A stretch of DNA of 64,000 nucleotides, taken from contig CAJWUJ010000003.1 in assembly GCA_913047625.1 (NCBI GenBank), positions 76,835 through 140,834 on the forward strand, read 5' to 3'. Position numbers and translations under genes: made by a program. The stretch is from an uncultured Dehalococcoidia bacterium (lineage in GTDB: Bacteria; Chloroflexota; Dehalococcoidia; Lucifugimonadales; CAJWUJ01). Every line of letters begins with the position of its first letter. The stretch's first letter is position 1. Shown here piece after piece: positions 18,889 to 27,833 of this stretch. The notes below the pieces were generated by a model. That model saw only the letters and a program-made list of their open reading frames with translations. It was not told where the DNA came from and ran no database searches.

Positions 18889-19944
18889 TTAAAACATTTC
18901 TAGAAAACGACAGTCATTTTCATAGAACATTCGGATATCTTCAATACCGTATTTCAACATACCTATGCGCTCAGGACCTAAGCCGAAAGCAAATCCAGTA
19001 TATACGGACGGGTCATAACCAGCACTTTCTAGGACTGCAGGGTGCACCATACCAGCACCCATAATCTCAACCCACCCTGTGCTAGCACAAATTCTACAGC
19101 CCACTGCCTTTCCTTGGCACGCGAAACAGTCAATCGACATATCTACTCCCGGTTCGACAAATGGGAAGTAATCACATCGAAAACGCACACGTCTATTTTC
19201 ACCGAAAAGTTGTCGCGCAAATTGGTAGAGGGTTCCTTTTAAGTTTGCAAAGGTTATGTTTTTATCTACTGCTAAGCCCTCTATTTGATAAAATTGACTC
19301 TCATGCGTGGCGTCTGTTGCTTCGTAACGATAGCATTTACCAGGTACAATTACACGAACTGGAGGGGCATTGGTTTCCATTATTCTCGCTTGCATTGGGG
19401 AAGTATGAGTCCGAAGCAGCATTTGATTGCCGGAGCTATCCTCTTCAGCTACCCAGAAGGTGTTCCACATATCTCTGGCAGGATGATTCTTTGGTATATT
19501 TAGCTTTTGAAAGTTGTATTCATCCCATTCAATTTCGGGACCTTCTACCACGCTAAAGCCCATGCCTTCAAATATCGAACATATTTCCCTGATTATTTGA
19601 GTTGTTGGGTGGAGTTTGCCGAGTGATAGCTTTGTTCCTGGAAGCGTGACGTCAAAATGGGATGAATCAATGTCACTTGATTGAACGGCGGTAATCTGGC
19701 TCTTCCTACTCTGGAATTCGTTGAGGAGATCCTCCTTAGTTTTGTTAGCGAGGCTTCCTATTTTTTGTCTTTCAGAGGGTTCTAGAGAGACCAGGGATCT
19801 TAGCGCGATAGTAAGAAGACCTTTCCGTCCGAGAAACTTTACCCGCCAATCATCAAGCTCTTTGTCTGACCCGGCCGAAGCTAAGTCTTTGAGACCGTGG
19901 GCTTTAATGCTATCTATTTCATCTACATTTAGGGACGTTTCCAT
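18889..19944 (-). CDS. pheS: Phenylalanine--tRNA ligase alpha subunit
   Basis: Class II aaRS core with HPARDMWNTFW and the typical C-terminal GFAFGLGPERI motif. Confidence 0.95.
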   Translation of the reverse strand: METSLNVDEIDSIKAHGLKDLASAGSDKELDDWRVKFLGRKGLLTIALRSLVSLEPSERQKIGSLANKTKEDLLNEFQSRKSQITAVQSSDIDSSHFDVTLPGTKLSLGKLHPTTQIIREICSIFEGMGFSVVEGPEIEWDEYNFQKLNIPKNHPARDMWNTFWVAEEDSSGNQMLLRTHTSPMQARIMETNAPPVRVIVPGKCYRYEATDATHESQFYQIEGLAVDKNITFANLKGTLYQFARQLFGENRRVRFRCDYFPFVEPGVDMSIDCFACQGKAVGCRICASTGWVEIMGAGMVHPAVLESAGYDPSVYTGFAFGLGPERIGMLKYGIEDIRMFYENDCRFLEMF

Positions 19945-20164
19945 CGAGCACTCTGTTGAAGGTGAATTTATTTAAACTTTGGACTATTACTACCATCAAT
20001 AGGATGACAGAAAGGAGCTTATTGGACAAGAGCATGAGGTATAACCGTGGCGCAACTGGAAATCATTTATGATATGCTTTGCGGTGCTGAACATTGAGGT
20101 TGTGGTAGTAGCCCTAATGCAGTCAGTAGTTTGGGTATTGCCCCAAGATGGGTAATAGATAGGA

Positions 20165-21640
20165 ATGCAAGGGATAATGAGTCAACAGCAATACGCTAAT
20201 TTGAGTGAATTTATAGCTTTTCTTGAATCTAAAGGTGAGTTATCCAGAATAACAACACCTGTATCTTGTGAATTAGAAATCACTGAAATCACGGACCGAA
20301 CAACTAAACGAGGAGGCCCTGCTCTCTTGTTTGAGAACGTGGAAGGGTACAGTAGTTCGGTAGTGACCAATCTTTTTGGCAGTCAACAGAGGATGGCTTG
20401 GGCACTCGGAGTTGATCACTTAAATGACTTATCAGAAAAAATCCGTGCACTACTCAATCTTGCTAAAAGCCCACCCAAGGGAATTACCGAAAAAGTGAAA
20501 GCGTTGGGAGAACTGGTAAAAATGGCCAGATATCAACCCAAGCTTGTCAGTAAAGCCCCGTGCCAGGAAGTCGTTTATACAGGGGATGATGTTGATCTAA
20601 ATAAACTCCCCATCCTTAAATGCTGGCCGCTGGATGCAGGTAAATATATAACACTCCCGTTGGTTATCACTAAAGATCCAGAAACGGGGGGCAGAAATGT
20701 AGGCATGTACAGAATACAGGTGTTTGATTCCAATACGACAGGTATGCACTGGCAAACCCATAAAGTTGGGACTAAACACCAAAGAACGGCGCAAGAAAAA
20801 GGGTTAGCACGTATTGATGTGGCGGTGGCTGTCGGCGGCGACCCGACCACTATTTGGAGTGGATCTGCTCCTTTGCCTCCTGATTTGGACGAGTTTGTTA
20901 TAGCGGGAATCTTGAGAGGGCAAGCAGTGGAAGTGGTTAAAGCGAAAACGGTTGATTTAGAGGTTCCAGCAAATGCTGAGTACATAATCGAAGGTTATTT
21001 GGATGTAAATGAACGGAGAGTAGAAGGTCCGTTCGGAGATCACACGGGTTATTATTCTTTGGCCGAGGAATACCCGGTTTTACATGTAACTGCGATCACT
21101 TCCAGAAAAGAACCAATTTACCCGACTACCATAGTTGGACGACCGATACAGGAAGATTATTTTATGGGGAAGGCTACTGAAAGACTATTCTTACCCATAA
21201 TTCAGACCCTAATGCCAGAGGTGATTGATATGAACATGCCTGCAGAAGGCGTTTTTCATAATTTAGTTATTGTTTCGGTTAAGAAAGATTATCCCGGCCA
21301 AGCGCAAAAAGTAATGTATGGCCTATGGGGAATGGGATTAATGGCGCTGGCTAAAGCCATTATAGTGGTGGATCATTTTGTAAACGTGCAGGACATTTCC
21401 GAGGTAGCTTGGAGGGTAACCAATAATATAGATCCAGCCAGGGACATACTGTTGGCTCGAGGCCCTGTTGATGATTTAGATCATGCTTCAGTTGAACCTA
21501 AGTACGGTAGTAAGGTAGGGATAGATGCCACTGCAAAACAATCGCGAGACGGAAGTACTCGAGAATGGCCGCCCGACATAGTAATGGAACAATCGATAAA
21601 GGACCTTGTTGACGAGAAATGGAATGATTACGGGATATAA
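20165..21640 (+). CDS. UbiD-family (prenyl-FMN dependent) decarboxylase, quinone biosynthesis
   Basis: 491 aa with a UbiD-like N-terminus (FIAFLESKGELSRITTPVSCELEITEI...GGPALLFENVEGY). Clustered with UbiA, UbiX and UbiE homologues. Confidence 0.9.
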   Translation: MQGIMSQQQYANLSEFIAFLESKGELSRITTPVSCELEITEITDRTTKRGGPALLFENVEGYSSSVVTNLFGSQQRMAWALGVDHLNDLSEKIRALLNLAKSPPKGITEKVKALGELVKMARYQPKLVSKAPCQEVVYTGDDVDLNKLPILKCWPLDAGKYITLPLVITKDPETGGRNVGMYRIQVFDSNTTGMHWQTHKVGTKHQRTAQEKGLARIDVAVAVGGDPTTIWSGSAPLPPDLDEFVIAGILRGQAVEVVKAKTVDLEVPANAEYIIEGYLDVNERRVEGPFGDHTGYYSLAEEYPVLHVTAITSRKEPIYPTTIVGRPIQEDYFMGKATERLFLPIIQTLMPEVIDMNMPAEGVFHNLVIVSVKKDYPGQAQKVMYGLWGMGLMALAKAIIVVDHFVNVQDISEVAWRVTNNIDPARDILLARGPVDDLDHASVEPKYGSKVGIDATAKQSRDGSTREWPPDIVMEQSIKDLVDEKWNDYGI

Positions 21641-21649
21641 AATGTCGTA

Positions 21650-22513
21650 ATGATAATAAGAATGTATACAAAGACGCGTCAGTTACTTGAGGCTATAAAG
21701 TTCGAGCATTCAGTTTTTGCTTTACCATTCGCTTACATAGGCATGGTATTAGCTGAGCAGCAGTTACCCGACCTCCGCTCTTTCTTATGGATTACATGTG
21801 CCATGGTAAGTGCAAGGACAGTAGCTATGACCTCGAACAGAATTATAGATGCAACAATTGATTTCAATAATCCTAGGACGCGAGGCAGGGCGATTCCAGC
21901 AGGTATCCTCAGTAAGAAAGCCTTAGCGACTATGGGAATCATAGCTGCGGTGATCTTTTTTATTGCGGCAGGGATGTTAAATCCGCTTTGCCTTGCACTC
22001 TCCCCTGTTGCGTTAGTAGTGGTGATAGGATACTCCTATTCGAAGCGTTTTACTTGGATGTCGCATATTATTCTTGGCTGGGCGGATGGAATTGCACCCG
22101 TTGGGGGATGGATTGGTGTTCGAGGAACCATGGATTTGGAAGCGGTGTTGTTAGCTGGTGGAGTTGCCGCCTGGATAGCTGGTTTCGATATTATATATTC
22201 TTGCCAAGACGTAGATTTTGATAAGAAAAACGGGCTGCATTCCATTCCTCAGAGATGGGGGACTAGAATCGCATTAAGGATTTCACGACTCTTTCATCTT
22301 ATCGCTATGGTATGTTTCGTAAGCGTAGGCGTTTGGCTCGGAATTAGCTGGCCATATTTTCTTGGTTTACTTATAGCGACAGGGTTAATGATTTACGAAC
22401 ATCGCCTTGTGAAACCAGAAGATCTCTCAAAGGTAAATATGGCCTTTTTTAATGTAAATGGCTATATTTCTGTGGTCGTTATGGTTTGTTGTCTAGTTGC
22501 GGTGTACGTATGA
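21650..22513 (+). CDS. UbiA-family aromatic polyprenyltransferase
   Basis: Polytopic protein with the Asp-rich motif NRIIDATIDFNNPRT and a second DxxxD-type region (QDVDFDKKNG). Confidence 0.85.
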   Translation: MIIRMYTKTRQLLEAIKFEHSVFALPFAYIGMVLAEQQLPDLRSFLWITCAMVSARTVAMTSNRIIDATIDFNNPRTRGRAIPAGILSKKALATMGIIAAVIFFIAAGMLNPLCLALSPVALVVVIGYSYSKRFTWMSHIILGWADGIAPVGGWIGVRGTMDLEAVLLAGGVAAWIAGFDIIYSCQDVDFDKKNGLHSIPQRWGTRIALRISRLFHLIAMVCFVSVGVWLGISWPYFLGLLIATGLMIYEHRLVKPEDLSKVNMAFFNVNGYISVVVMVCCLVAVYV

Positions 22514-22529
22514 GAAAAGGGGTTGTTCA

Positions 22530-23144
22530 TTGACTAATCAACAGAAGCCTATAGTCGTTGGTATATCAGGAGCAAGCGGCATAGATGTTGCTAAGGCTAC
22601 GATTGATCGACTCCTTGCGTTGCAGTTGCCTGTTTGGTGCACCGTTAGTCCGGCAGCTAGACAGGTCTGGCACCAAGAAGTTGCACAACCGTTTAAAGAA
22701 ACTGTTAGTGCATGGGGAGAAGATCCTAACTTTTCCTATTTTGCTAGTAGTAATTTGAGAGCCCCAATGGCCAGTGGTTCCGTTTCTTCGCGGGGGATGG
22801 TTATTGTGCCATGTAGTATGGGGACAATAGCTGCGATAGCTCACGGGTTATCGAGGAATTTACTGCAGAGGTCTGCTGATGTTTGTATTAAAGAGAATAG
22901 AAAGTTGATTATAGTCCCTCGGGAAACGCCCCTATCTGTTATCCACTTAGAAAACATGCTGTCTTTGGCTCGTCTGGGAGTCACAATCTTGCCAATGCAG
23001 CCAGCCTTTTATCTCAAACCGAAAACAATAGATCAAATCGTTGAATATTTTGTGGATAAAATCATAGTATCCTTAGATGGAAGTGCGGATTTACGCGCTT
23101 TCCACCAATATCATTATGATAATGCTGAGCAAGAGGAAATGTAG
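22530..23144 (+). CDS. ubiX: Flavin prenyltransferase UbiX
   Basis: GISGASG nucleotide-binding start, plus PCSMGTIAAIAHG and VPRETPLS motifs. TTG 22530 (AAGGGG 7 nt upstream) is preferred over TTG 22497, which overlaps the upstream gene. Confidence 0.85.
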   Translation: MTNQQKPIVVGISGASGIDVAKATIDRLLALQLPVWCTVSPAARQVWHQEVAQPFKETVSAWGEDPNFSYFASSNLRAPMASGSVSSRGMVIVPCSMGTIAAIAHGLSRNLLQRSADVCIKENRKLIIVPRETPLSVIHLENMLSLARLGVTILPMQPAFYLKPKTIDQIVEYFVDKIIVSLDGSADLRAFHQYHYDNAEQEEM

Positions 23145-23869
23145 TGGCATATTTTAAAGGAACAGAAAAAGCCCATTATGTTTCAAGAATGTTTGCGGAA
23201 ATTGCTCCTAAGTATGACCTTCTGAATTCAATTATGACAGGAGGATTGCATCACCGGTGGCGCAACAAAGTGACTGATCTGGTTACAGAAGGCCTAGAAG
23301 GGCCTTCCCTAGATGTTGCCTCAGGAACAGGAGATTTTGCTTTTGCGCTTTCACGTCATGCCAACAGTGGTCAGGTGGTAGGAGTAGATTATGTACGCGA
23401 AATGGTTGATTTAGCGTATGTAAAGTCGACCAGAAAAAAGAATCAGAAAAGTGCGCAAAAATTATCGTTGGCTGTAGCTGATGCACTAAATCTTCCTTTT
23501 AAGTCTGACCAGTTTTCCTGCGTGACTATTGGGTTTGGATTACGGAACTTAGGAAATGTGGAACATGGACTAGCAGAACTGCATAGGGTGATTAAGCCAG
23601 GGGGTAAGTTAGCTGTGCTCGAAATGACTCAAGTCCCAGGGCCCTTAATTTGGAGATGGTTATTCCGGTGGTATTTTCGTAACGTAACCCCTGTGCTGGG
23701 AGCAGTTTTTGCGGGAAACTGGAAAGCATATTCCTATCTTCCTCAATCGGTGGACTGGTTTCCACCTGCTGAAGAGCTGAAAGCGATGATGGCCCATGCT
23801 GGATTTAGGCAGATAACGTACAGATATTTCGGTATGAGGACAGTAGCGTTGCATATAGGAGTAGCATGA
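23144..23869 (+). CDS. ubiE: Demethylmenaquinone/ubiquinone C-methyltransferase (UbiE/MenG)
   Basis: YDLLNSIMTGGLHHRWR and SAM-binding DVASGTGD motifs. The GTG start overlaps the ubiX stop by 1 nt. Confidence 0.9.
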   Translation: MAYFKGTEKAHYVSRMFAEIAPKYDLLNSIMTGGLHHRWRNKVTDLVTEGLEGPSLDVASGTGDFAFALSRHANSGQVVGVDYVREMVDLAYVKSTRKKNQKSAQKLSLAVADALNLPFKSDQFSCVTIGFGLRNLGNVEHGLAELHRVIKPGGKLAVLEMTQVPGPLIWRWLFRWYFRNVTPVLGAVFAGNWKAYSYLPQSVDWFPPAEELKAMMAHAGFRQITYRYFGMRTVALHIGVA

Positions 23870-24165
23870 TTACACACATCGCGCTGGACAAAACCATCGT
23901 TCGGTTCCCTGATTTATACCTGCGAGATAGCCTTATGGGATTGACACACTTTTTCCAAAATGCTACATTCCCGCTTATCTGCTCGTGTAGGCTCTAATCG
24001 ACCCAGCTGGGTTGCGTGAGTTGGCGGGTACGGATAGGATAGCGCGTACATAGGGAGATTATTAACGCTAGGACACCAAGCTTTTGATTGTCCGAACAGT
24101 GTTCTTTAATTTTGCTTTGACCGAAAATAGAGGTCTTTGTTAATTGTAACAGGAGGAGTTTAACC

Positions 24166-26262
24166 ATGGCTGAAAAATACAGATTAGGCGTTGATGTTGG
24201 TGGAACATTTACCGATGTTGTTTTGTTGGAAGACGACGGGACTGCTACACCCAAAAAAGTGTTATCGTCCCCACCTCATTTTAATGTTGCCATTAAAACA
24301 GGCATTGAACAGGCAATGGAAGAGAAGAAACTGTCAGGCAACCAAGTGTCCGAGTACACTCATGGAGCCACCGTCGCCACCAATGCGATCATTACTAGAT
24401 CTGGAGCCAAAACTGGCCTCATAACAACCAAGGGGTTTAGAGACGTCCTAGAGATCAGAAGAATGCGCATGCATAAATTGTATGACATTAACTGGGAAAA
24501 GCCCAAGCCACTGGTGCCTCGACACTTAAGAATGGAAGTTCCTGCCCGAATGAACCCTCAGGGCGGTGAAGAGACTGGCTTGGACGAAAACGCAGCCAAA
24601 GAGGCTATCAAGCGCTTACTGAACGAAGGAATTGAATCGATCGCGGTGTGCTTTTTACATTCCTATGCAAATGGTGCCCATGAAGAAAGAGTTAAAGAAC
24701 TCATTCGAGAGATTGATTCTGATGTGCTGGTGTCATTGTCAAGTGAATTACTGCCTGAAATTAAGGAATACGAACGAACTAGCACTACCGTGATAAATGC
24801 TTATGTTCAACCTGCAGTCAGCCGTTATTTTCTAGCGATGGAAGCTGACTTAAAAGATCTTGGAATGGATATTCCAATAATGGTTATGCAGTCAAATGGT
24901 GGGATGATGCCTTCTACGTCGGCGCGAGAACGACCGATGCATATCATTGAGTCTGGTCCTGCGGCCGGAGTAACTGGTTGTTTCCACTTAGCTAAGAAAT
25001 TAGGCATGGAAGACGTTATGACATTTGACATGGGTGGTACTACGGCAAAGGCTGCATTGATTGAGGAAGGAGAAATATCCAGATCACCAGAGTATGAAGT
25101 TGGTGGTGAAATTAGCATAGGACATCGCCTTATGAAAGGTAGTGGATACTTATTGAGAGTGCCTTCCGTTGATTTGGCGGAAGTGGGAGCAGGAGGAGGA
25201 AGTATTGCCTGGGCTGATGAAGCCGGTGCCTTGAAGGTAGGTCCTCACAGTGCAGGCGCCAGTCCTGGTCCTGCTTGTTACGGTAACGGGGGTGAGGAAC
25301 CCACAATCACTGATGCTAACGTACATATGGGATTAACAAATCCTGATTCACTTGCAGCAGGAACCTTGAAAGTCTATCCTGATCTGGCAGATAAAGCCAT
25401 CAAGGAGAAAGTAGCATCCAGATTGGGTTTGGATATAACTGCAACAGCATGGGGTATCCGAACGGTGGCAAATTCAAGCCTAATCCGAGCCTTACGAGCA
25501 GTTTCAACTGAAAGAGGACGAGATCCCAGAAGATTCACACTTTTTGGGTTTGGAGGAATGGGTCCGGTCCATGCAGTTGATTTGGCTACGGAATTAGGAA
25601 TATCTAAGGTTGTAATACCTCCGCTACCTGGTTTGTTTAGTGCTGTCGGATTATTGTTTGCAGACGTTGAGCATCATCTGATTCAAACTCATTACGCAAA
25701 TACATCTGAACTAGACTATGACCGTATCAACAAAGTCATGAAGGGGCTTGTTGACGAAGCTACAAATGATTTAACAAGAGAAGGTTATACCGGGGCCAGT
25801 CAGGAAATTGTGCTCTCTGCAGATACGCGGTATATGGGGCAGGATTACGCCTTAACTATACCAGTTAGCGGCACGACGTTCACGACTGAACTCATTGAAA
25901 AACTAGTGGAAGATTTCCATCAAGAACACGACAAAACCTATGGATACCGATCTGATAAAGAGGAAGTGCAGATTGTGGCTTTACGAGGTTTAGCACGAGG
26001 AATTTCCGCAACTGAGCGGGTTCCAGCACAGATCAAGCTTAATGCCTGGAAGCCAGATACTGGTGACAGAAAGGCGTATTTTGGCCCGGAACTTGGATGG
26101 ATAGACGTGCCTGTTATTGGTAGAACTGACCTGTCCACGGATGCCCGCCAAGGACCTATGATTATTGAGGAAGACAATTCGTTATCGGTGGTTACCCCAG
26201 GATGGAAGGCATCGCTTGACGATTTATCTAATATCATTTTGGAATCTTCAGATAAAGGATAA
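24166..26262 (+). CDS. Hydantoinase/oxoprolinase A-subunit family protein (HyuA-like)
   Basis: N-terminal YRLGVDVGGTFTDVV ATPase-fold motif, 698 aa, typical HyuA length. AGGAGG lies 9 nt upstream of the start. Confidence 0.85.
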   Translation: MAEKYRLGVDVGGTFTDVVLLEDDGTATPKKVLSSPPHFNVAIKTGIEQAMEEKKLSGNQVSEYTHGATVATNAIITRSGAKTGLITTKGFRDVLEIRRMRMHKLYDINWEKPKPLVPRHLRMEVPARMNPQGGEETGLDENAAKEAIKRLLNEGIESIAVCFLHSYANGAHEERVKELIREIDSDVLVSLSSELLPEIKEYERTSTTVINAYVQPAVSRYFLAMEADLKDLGMDIPIMVMQSNGGMMPSTSARERPMHIIESGPAAGVTGCFHLAKKLGMEDVMTFDMGGTTAKAALIEEGEISRSPEYEVGGEISIGHRLMKGSGYLLRVPSVDLAEVGAGGGSIAWADEAGALKVGPHSAGASPGPACYGNGGEEPTITDANVHMGLTNPDSLAAGTLKVYPDLADKAIKEKVASRLGLDITATAWGIRTVANSSLIRALRAVSTERGRDPRRFTLFGFGGMGPVHAVDLATELGISKVVIPPLPGLFSAVGLLFADVEHHLIQTHYANTSELDYDRINKVMKGLVDEATNDLTREGYTGASQEIVLSADTRYMGQDYALTIPVSGTTFTTELIEKLVEDFHQEHDKTYGYRSDKEEVQIVALRGLARGISATERVPAQIKLNAWKPDTGDRKAYFGPELGWIDVPVIGRTDLSTDARQGPMIIEEDNSLSVVTPGWKASLDDLSNIILESSDKG

Positions 26263-26474
26263 GTTCTATATGAAATAAAAGAAGCACAGGATAGTCACAC
26301 TTTGTTCCGTAAAAGTGTTGCGGTAATGTGCTATTATAGCTATAGATTCTAAGAACGAACCTTGAAGGAATCGATTTGGCAAAGGTCGGTAGTACCTAAG
26401 TTCCTTCAAACGTGCTGCTATTTTGGGTAGCAGTGCTTCAAAAACAAGTACATTATTAGGAGGACTAAACACAA

Positions 26475-27761
26475 ATGTTTAAAAAAAGTAGTCTATTAAT
26501 TGGTATTCTCGCAGCAGGACTGATATCAGTAGGTTGTGCAGGAGAAACTGAGACAATTGTCGTAGAAAAAGAGGTACTAGTTGAAGTACCAGTAGAGAAA
26601 GTGGTTGAAAAACCGGTTGTCGTAGAAAAAGAGGTTGTTAAAGAAGTACCGGTAGAGAAAATTGTTGAAGTAGAGAAAGTAGAAATCAAAGAAGTCATCA
26701 AAGAGGTGATTGTTGAGAAAGAAGTTGAAAAATCAGCAGCTAGTTTCTTAGATGGTGACAAGGTATATAACTTCACAATGTCTGGCCAGCTATCGCCTAC
26801 ATTGAAGCAATGGACAAATTTGGAAGCTCCATGGCTTCTAGGTGATGACTCTAAGATTGTTAAGAACAGTAATGGCAAGGTGAAGGTTAAGCTTAACACC
26901 GCGTCAGAGCTTGGAATTGGTCAGTTTGATGTTTTGAGATTCCTGTCTACAGGTGTTATCGACATTGGTATGGCAGTATTCACAAGCATAGCTGGTGATG
27001 TTCCTGTCGCAGGCGGTATCGACTTGGCTGGAGCTTATCCGGAGCTTGATGGTGTCAAAGCCAAAGCCGGAACAGAAGCATTTATTCCTGAGCTGAATAA
27101 GCAGATGGAAAACAAGCTAGGCATTAAAATTATTGGTCACTTTAACAACCCTGCACAGGTTCCTTACTGTAAGTTCCCAATAACGGGTTCTGCAGATTTG
27201 AAGGACAAGAGGGTTCGAACTTTTGGTTCAACGTTAGGTGACTATGTTGAGCACTTTGGTGGGATCAACGTAACCATAGCCTTCGTAGACGTGTACAGCG
27301 CAATGCAGACTGGTATTGCTGACTGTGCAATTACGGGTACTGGTTCTGGAAACGCCCAGAAATGGTATGAAATAACAGAGTACCTGTATACGCTTCCTGT
27401 GGGCCATGCAATCACTGGTTGGGGAGCAAACCTCGATATGTGGAATAAACAGCCGACCGACGTTCAGGATTTCATGCAGGATACCTTTAACAGCATGACT
27501 GCTGACGGATGGGACCTCGGAATGGCGCTGACTCAGGACGGAATTGACTGTAATACAGGAGTCGCGGCAGGTTGTGAACTAGGAACCCTGGATAGCGATT
27601 CACCAATGACACAGGTCGTTCCTTCAGAGGCTGACTATGATTCTCTCAAGGCAGCTGCTTCGGAAACAGTTCTCCCACGATGGGTAGAGCGGTGCGGCGT
27701 TGATTGTAAAGTGATTTACAATCGTACAATAGCTGAAGTCACAGGGGTTGCTATCCCGTAA
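26475..27761 (+). CDS. TRAP transporter solute-binding lipoprotein (DctP family) with V/E/K-repeat tether
   Basis: Lipobox LISVGC, a roughly 65-aa VEKEV-type repeat linker, then a DctP-like domain (KDKRVRTFGS, VDVYSAMQTGIADC). DctQ and DctM genes follow. Confidence 0.8.
   Translation: MFKKSSLLIGILAAGLISVGCAGETETIVVEKEVLVEVPVEKVVEKPVVVEKEVVKEVPVEKIVEVEKVEIKEVIKEVIVEKEVEKSAASFLDGDKVYNFTMSGQLSPTLKQWTNLEAPWLLGDDSKIVKNSNGKVKVKLNTASELGIGQFDVLRFLSTGVIDIGMAVFTSIAGDVPVAGGIDLAGAYPELDGVKAKAGTEAFIPELNKQMENKLGIKIIGHFNNPAQVPYCKFPITGSADLKDKRVRTFGSTLGDYVEHFGGINVTIAFVDVYSAMQTGIADCAITGTGSGNAQKWYEITEYLYTLPVGHAITGWGANLDMWNKQPTDVQDFMQDTFNSMTADGWDLGMALTQDGIDCNTGVAAGCELGTLDSDSPMTQVVPSEADYDSLKAAASETVLPRWVERCGVDCKVIYNRTIAEVTGVAIP
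26559..26735 (+). repeat. In-frame imperfect tandem repeat (60-bp period, degenerating) encoding a (V/I)EKEV linker
   Basis: GTCGTAGAAAAAGAGGT recurs at 26559 and 26619. GAAGTACC(A/G)GTAGAGAAA recurs at 26584 and 26644. Shorter GAGAAAG/GAAGT units continue to about 26735. Confidence 0.7.
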
Positions 27762-27833
27762 GCTGGCTTTAAAGCTAAGTTGAACTATTAATGAGGGTCT
27801 GCTTTGGGTGGTTCGATACGGGCCACCTAATAG

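Noticed and set aside
18478-18903. 141-aa and 70-aa plus-strand ORFs overlapping the pheT start and pheS end
   Set aside because: They are antisense to essential synthetase genes and have no recognisable features.
19945-20164. Possible T-box leader upstream of pheS (minus strand)
   Set aside because: Only a weak partial match (UUAGGGCUACUACCAC) to the T-box consensus AAUUAGGGUGGUACCGCG. The UGG that pairs with the tRNA 3' end is missing, and I could find no terminator/antiterminator pair or specifier loop.
23994-24254. 86-aa minus-strand ORF overlapping the hyuA start
   Set aside because: It overlaps the well-supported hyuA N-terminus and its RBS, and carries no motif.
26559-26735. Short tandem DNA repeats that might suggest a CRISPR array or minisatellite
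   Set aside because: The repeats are in frame within a lipoprotein gene and have no unique spacers. They encode a periodic peptide linker, so this is not a CRISPR array.
26465-26899. 144-aa minus-strand ORF rich in Ser/Thr/Phe repeats
   Set aside because: It is the antisense reading of the VEKEV repeat region of the TRAP binding protein. Its repetitiveness is a mirror of the sense-strand repeat.
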